Below are positions 58,550 to 64,000 of a stretch of 64,000 bases of DNA, one piece after another. Positions within the stretch are counted from its first letter, which is position 1. The number at the start of each line of letters is the position of its first letter. Source of the stretch: Minutocellus sp. GHC0000111 (taxonomy: Eukaryota); NCBI GenBank assembly GCA_977018835.1, contig OZ361259.1, forward strand, positions 3,534,001 to 3,598,000. Direction: 5' to 3'. The translations under genes were made by a program, and so were the position numbers. A model generated the notes under the pieces. That model worked only from the letters and a program-made list of their open reading frames with translations. It was not told the origin of the DNA and ran no database searches.

Positions 58550-60511
58550 TTACCCTCTTCCAACGAAGGGCATTTTGGTCGCCAGAACTGTCAACTCGAG
58601 AGCATTGGCCTGGAGAGGAAGGGCGGCCATGGCGTGAACAGTATTGGCAGCGTCCTTGCCAGAGAATTGAGGTTCCACTATGCTTGTTCCATCGGGCTGG
58701 AGGGCTCCGGCGCCGGATTGAGTAATGGCGCTGACTGCTGACGATACATTTCCAAAATCAACTTGACCGCATGGGATGTTGTATTCCCTACCTTCCAGAG
58801 CCAACGTCCTGGTCAGCCCTGAGACTGCAAATTTATAGCAAGAATAGGCAACGCCGCCTGGACGAGGGACTTGGGCCGATATAGATCCGTTGTTGATGAT
58901 GCGACCTCCCATCGGTGCCTGCGCCTTCATTATCTTCATGGCTTCCTTGCCACATAGGAAAGATCCGGTGAGATTGGCGTCGACAATACGTCGAAAGTCT
59001 TGAGAGGAAAAATCCACAACCGGGGTGGCTCCGATGTTCGTGCCTGCATTGTTGAACAGTAGATCGATTCGACCGAACGTTGCTTTGGCCTCGGCAAACG
59101 TTGCCTTTACGGATGCTTCGTCAGTAACGTCACACGGAGCAATCAGACAGGAAGCTCCGTGTGCTTCTGCGAGAGCAACCGTCTCTTGGAGCGGTTCTCG
59201 TCGCCGACCGATGAGAACGAGGCATATCTTTGGATTGGCCGCAAGTCCCTCGCGAGGACCCCAGCCACCTTGAGCCAGGCGCACGGCAACAGCCCGGCCA
59301 ATGCCGCTGCCACCACCAGTGATGGCCGCTACAACGTTATTGTCATTTCGTGAGTCAAAGTCTGCATCTTTGTCAGAATCACCGGCATCGGCCTTCGGAT
59401 CGGTCAAATCTTCTTCTCCTCGAGGCACAATCTTTATACCGTCCGCCAACGCGTCGGGAAAGGATTCGACATAGTCTCGGACTAATTCCTCGGCTGTCGG
59501 GGCTGGAAGGCAACCAATCTCCAGTGCTCGAGCAGCATCGATCTTGGTCGGGAATCCACCGACGACGTTGGAAAGAAAATCGTCAACCTCGTACTTGACC
59601 TTCCCCAGCGTGTCATGGGAGGATGGGTCTACCACTTTCAATGTAGCTGCCTCTAATTCCGACAGAGAAAGTGCGGTAGCTGGCAAAAATACAGTCCTGT
59701 CGAATCCCAAGATAGATCCAATAATCTCCAACGGGACATCGTGAAGCTTTCGCAGGGCCTGAACTACGTTCCGAAATCCTGTTACGGCATGCTTGACGTC
59801 GGGAGCTATTGGCATGACGGCATCAACACCTGCAAGAGGTTCGCGGACCACACCGCTGAAGCATGAAGTAGTAGCCGCATTGGGCGCACCGGCTCGGACA
59901 ACGACAGTTGGTAACCGAAGCCCGCGTCCATCGATAAAGGAGCGTCGACTGTAATCCGCAAGTAGCAGCTCCCCACAAGCTTTTGACATGCCGTAGCTTG
60001 TATGCGGAGTTGCTCGAACCGAGTCCGTAATGACGTCCTCCTTCTGGATCCAATCCTGCGGCGCACCTGAGCCAATTGTCGCACCGGCCGAGGCGTATAC
60101 GAATTTGACGCGGCTGGGATGGTTACGGGCTGCTTCCAGCATGTGAATCGTGCCGTACAAATTCACCTCCATGCACAGGTCAAAGTCTTTCTCGCCCTGG
60201 CCACTCATTATGGCACTCAAGTGATAAATTGACACTGACGACTCGTTATGCTCCAAATTCACGAGAGAATCGCAAAATTCCTTCAACGCCACCGATCCCT
60301 CTCGACACGTCACGACTCCATCCGCCACTGCCCGAGCAACTGCAGGTTGCACCTGATCGACCGGAGGAAAGGCCACGTCGGCCAAAATAATGCGAGATAT
60401 TTCCGTCTCGACGGCATCACTACCGGCACATATCTTCCGATTTGCAAGTAGAGAAGTCGCTAGACTTTGGCCGAGGAAGCCACCGCCACCAGTGATTATG
60501 ACAACCGTCAT
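58550..60511 (-). CDS. DenD-like/SDR fusion oxidoreductase, copy C
   Basis: 653 aa. Differs from copy A by I2T, an M-to-V change, and YSCSK to YSCYK. Confidence 0.85.
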   Translation of the reverse strand: MTVVIITGGGGFLGQSLATSLLANRKICAGSDAVETEISRIILADVAFPPVDQVQPAVARAVADGVVTCREGSVALKEFCDSLVNLEHNESSVSIYHLSAIMSGQGEKDFDLCMEVNLYGTIHMLEAARNHPSRVKFVYASAGATIGSGAPQDWIQKEDVITDSVRATPHTSYGMSKACGELLLADYSRRSFIDGRGLRLPTVVVRAGAPNAATTSCFSGVVREPLAGVDAVMPIAPDVKHAVTGFRNVVQALRKLHDVPLEIIGSILGFDRTVFLPATALSLSELEAATLKVVDPSSHDTLGKVKYEVDDFLSNVVGGFPTKIDAARALEIGCLPAPTAEELVRDYVESFPDALADGIKIVPRGEEDLTDPKADAGDSDKDADFDSRNDNNVVAAITGGGSGIGRAVAVRLAQGGWGPREGLAANPKICLVLIGRRREPLQETVALAEAHGASCLIAPCDVTDEASVKATFAEAKATFGRIDLLFNNAGTNIGATPVVDFSSQDFRRIVDANLTGSFLCGKEAMKIMKAQAPMGGRIINNGSISAQVPRPGGVAYSCYKFAVSGLTRTLALEGREYNIPCGQVDFGNVSSAVSAITQSGAGALQPDGTSIVEPQFSGKDAANTVHAMAALPLQANALELTVLATKMPFVGRG

Positions 60512-61363
60512 TATCCTCAGATCTAATCAATCAAGTCTGATGTCGCTCCAGTTCAGGCAGCAGATACGAGCACGCACTCAACAATACGAAACACAATGCT
60601 GATCCTGTTCCAAAAGAATCAAGTCTGATGTTACTCCAGCTCAAGCAGCAGCAGATATGAGCACAATTAGCAATTGTACGAGTAGCAATAAAACGCCGCC
60701 ACGTAGACTATGTTGCAATCCGAAATAATCTGCAAATTGCAAGAGCAGGGAAAGATATGAAGGATATTGATCTTTGTAAGCGTCTTGAGAAAGATGTCGC
60801 GGAAAGCAATGAAAAGGCTACTCCCGACAAGAAAAAGGCTAAGACGAAGGTGACAACCGAGGAAGTAAAGGAGTACAATCGTCAGCTCATCGCTGGCAGA
60901 GAGGGAGGCGATTGCAGACTCGAGCAAGTTTATAGACACAAACGTCTCCAACAGATGATGGGTGATGCCCTCTTCATCACCTCAAGCGGAAGGAGCTTGA
61001 AACCCGTCTCAGGGGCGACCTGGGAAACGTCGCGGACACAGCCATATCAGGCGATTACAATATCGCAGTACCTTGAAGCATCCTTCGACGATGACGAAAA
61101 TATCGACTGGCAATCAGCGCATGGGCACTTACCTGAGACGACAGCAGCAATACCTGAGGTCCTTTGACGTAGGCCTACATTGCAACATGGCATCGGCACC
61201 GGCTCGGCAGAATAATGATGACGCACGCAACTGGGAAAATCTCACCGAGCCTCGCCGAAACACCAACTATCATTATGTCGTCACAGAAATTAAGGAAATT
61301 GAAAGATACGCCGCTTTGCTTGCATCTTCACTCCACCGCACCAGCCACACATTTTTCATCAAG

Positions 61364-63195
61364 ATGAGACTTATCACCGCCCTCCTCGTCCTCAACGCCG
61401 CCGCCACCGCGGTTGGATTTGCCCCACCCGCCGGCCACGGCACATCTGCCGTCCGTGGCGATGCCGCCCTAGGAGCCAAACGCGATTTCTTGAGGCGTAT
61501 CTTTCGCCGACCTTCGCGCCTTGCCGCCAAAGTAAGAAAAGATCTTTTTCAATGGTCGGTTCGGTTCGCTTTTTTGGCTTTCCTGCATAAGTCGTGCTGC
61601 ATAACAACATATACAGAAAATCAATTAATTGTGCCTGGGGAGGCGGATGAGAGGGCGTTTGTTGTAACAAATGCTTTTGGTTCATGGAGCTCGACTGGTG
61701 GATGCGCTGTGGCTACAACTGGCCGATTTTGCTTTCAATTATTTATTTATGCCCAAATCATTTGGTGAACACACTGTTCGACTCTCAATTACCAGCTGCT
61801 CATGGTTTTGATTCTTGTTGGATCGCTTTTTTTGAAGAAAAAAATCTCAATCATGCCTAAGAGATTGATTTGCCATTCAATGTACTAACCGACTCTCCTC
61901 ACGTGACACATACACCACCCACCCACAGGAGCGTGGATCAGGATATGGCGCCCCCGTCGACAACATCTCCGAGACCGTCGGCAACACGCCCATGGTCAAG
62001 ATCAACCGCCTTGCCCCAGAGGGAGTGACAATCTATGCCAAGGCGGAGTTTTTCAATCCCCTCTCGTCCGTCAAGGATCGTTTGGCACTCAGTATCATCG
62101 AAACTGCTGAGAAAGAAGGCAAACTCAAGCCAGGCGACACCGTCATCGAGGCCACGTCGGGCAACACAGGTGAGTGAAGACTTTGCGAATCGATTCTGTT
62201 ATTGTCACAAAAATTTCTTTGTAAGCTGTAGTTGACTGATGTGATGAAAGGGCGACCTATACAACTGGTTGGACAGCACATCCTCAATACCCCTGCTTAC
62301 CATTTGACATCTCACAACTCATGTCCCTTCATTTATTTACACAACTTTTTGCCCATAAGGTATCGCTGTTGCCATGATGTGTGCCCAGCGTGGCTATGAT
62401 TGTGTGATCACAATGGCCGAGCCCTTTTCGGTGGAACGTCGCAAGTTGATGCGCATGCTTGGGGCCAAGGTCATTGTAACGCCCAAGGCAGGCAAGGGTA
62501 CCGGGATGGTCGAGAAAGCCGCCGAACTGGCTGAAAAGCACGGTTGGTTCCTCTGCCACCAATTCGAAACGGAAGCCAACTGGAAATTCCACGAAGCGAC
62601 AACGGGCCCCGAGATCATCAACGACATCAAGGCCGCTGGAAGCAAGCTGGACTATTGGGTTACAGGATATGGCACTGGTGGAACGTACCACGGTGCTGGC
62701 AAGTATATCAAGGCCAAAAGTCCTGATACGAAGATTGTCCTTGCTGAACCCGGCGCTGCCGCCCTCATTGACTCTGGGGTCAAGACCGAGCGCAACGCCG
62801 ATGGATCTCCCGCGGGGACACATCCGGCATTCTCGGCTCATCCCATTCAGGGTTGGACTCCAGATTTTATTCCTCTCGTCTTGGAGAAGGGGATGGAACT
62901 CGACCTCATGGACGACTATGTTTCCATCCCGGACGGAGCAGCCGTAGAAACTTCCCAGGCCCTTGCAAAGAAGGAGGGTATTCTGACTGGCATCTCGGGG
63001 GGAGGCACTATGTGGGCAGCCATTGAAACTGCCAAGAAGGCCCCGAAAGGCAGCGTCATTGTTGCCATGTTGCCTGATACGGGCGAGCGCTACCTTTCGA
63101 CTCCTCTCTTTGCCAGCATCGATGCTGACATGAATGAAGCTGAGTTGGAGATTGCTCGGTCCACTCCCAGCTGGATCCTCGAGCCTGCCGCCTAA
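61364..63195 (+). CDS. cysK: Plastid cysteine synthase, copy C
   Basis: As copy A, except GISGGAT becomes GISGGGT. Confidence 0.93.
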
Positions 63196-63355
63196 GAGGT
63201 GTTGGGCGGAATATCCATGTCACTGCTTGAGGAGAGTCGTCGTCTTAGACTACAAGCTCTATCTAATTTTATCAAAGTAAATCAGACTCGGGCAAAAATT
63301 GCAACAACAGTCTGATCAAGCTAATACTTGTGTAGCCAAACCATGCCGGTAATGC

Positions 63356-63984
63356 GTGGTACCGGATGTGGCGCATTTTCATTACAACATACAGGAAATT
63401 ATCGTCTTTCCGTCACCCGAAACTATCGAATCTGTGGTATTTGCCGCCCGAGCCGTCTATCAGGCCCAATTGCTCACGGTCGACGAGTGTCGTCACATTA
63501 TTGACATGGCTCATGCGGCAGCGGAACGCAATGTGGAGTTCGCTTCGAAAGAAGCGGCAAAACAGGAGTTTCTTCGTGGTGCGGGTATAATATCGAGAGT
63601 AGATGATGAGGCCGATGACTTTATTCAGCAGCACCAGCGCAATAACAACGAAGGGCATGTCGTAGAGGGAAGGACATTGCTCGACGAGCCAAAAGGCTGG
63701 ACAAAGGATAGACACACGAGCTATCCAACGACAGATCTCAATCTGGTCACCGATCCTTTTACAACTAATGACCGAGACTTTCTCAAGAAGATACTGGATG
63801 CGAGGTTGGCACCACTGTTGGAACGAGTTTATGGAATAGCTCCAGGGGCCATTAGGGCTAATGACATGTTTGTCGTCCGACACGACTTCGAGAATGGCCA
63901 AAAATCATTGAGAGGCCACACGGATTCATCACATGTTTCATTTAATATCCTTCTGAACGATGAATTCAGCGGCGGTGGTACTAG
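63356..63984 (+). CDS. 2OG-Fe(II) oxygenase exon, copy C (continues beyond the window)
   Basis: Intact exon as in copy A, followed by the GT donor at 63985. Confidence 0.75.
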
Positions 63985-64000
63985 GTGAGATCTGTTGTTA

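Larger units (their letters stand above)
55756..64000 (+). repeat. Segmental duplication copy C (= 38182-46430, offset 17574 then 17570); runs off the window
   Basis: Near-identical sequence starting at gaaattgaagaaactggag. Confidence 0.97.

Noticed and set aside
55756..64000. Copy C as a pure assembly duplicate of copy A
   Set aside because: Multiple substitutions and a restructured microsatellite distinguish them. An allelic haplotype placed in tandem cannot be excluded without reads.

Overview
This is eukaryotic nuclear DNA, almost certainly from a diatom: it carries two fucoxanthin-chlorophyll (FCP/Lhc) genes, ASAFAP-type bipartite plastid presequences and GT-AG introns. The left half (1-36 kb) is a rearranged, pseudogene-rich region. 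It holds one large intact four-repeat cyclic-nucleotide-binding-domain ion channel gene with an asymmetric pore, a divergent HSF-like factor, and several orphan coiled-coil genes. It also holds an inverted duplication of a broken Bud32/P5CR gene pair, and a 4.2-kb satellite of 190-bp units with higher-order structure that truncates an anoctamin gene. The right half (36-64 kb) is a nested, recent tandem segmental duplication of the block PolX / DenD-SDR fusion / plastid cysteine synthase / 2OG-Fe(II) oxygenase. One breakpoint fuses a complete plastid-targeted FCP in frame to the BRCT-PolX polymerase. The other breakpoint is occupied by a one-ended, TTAA-inserted, Kolobok-like element encoding an RPA70N-like OB-fold plus a P2X7-ballast-like Cys domain. 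All domain calls come from motif recognition by eye, not from database searches.
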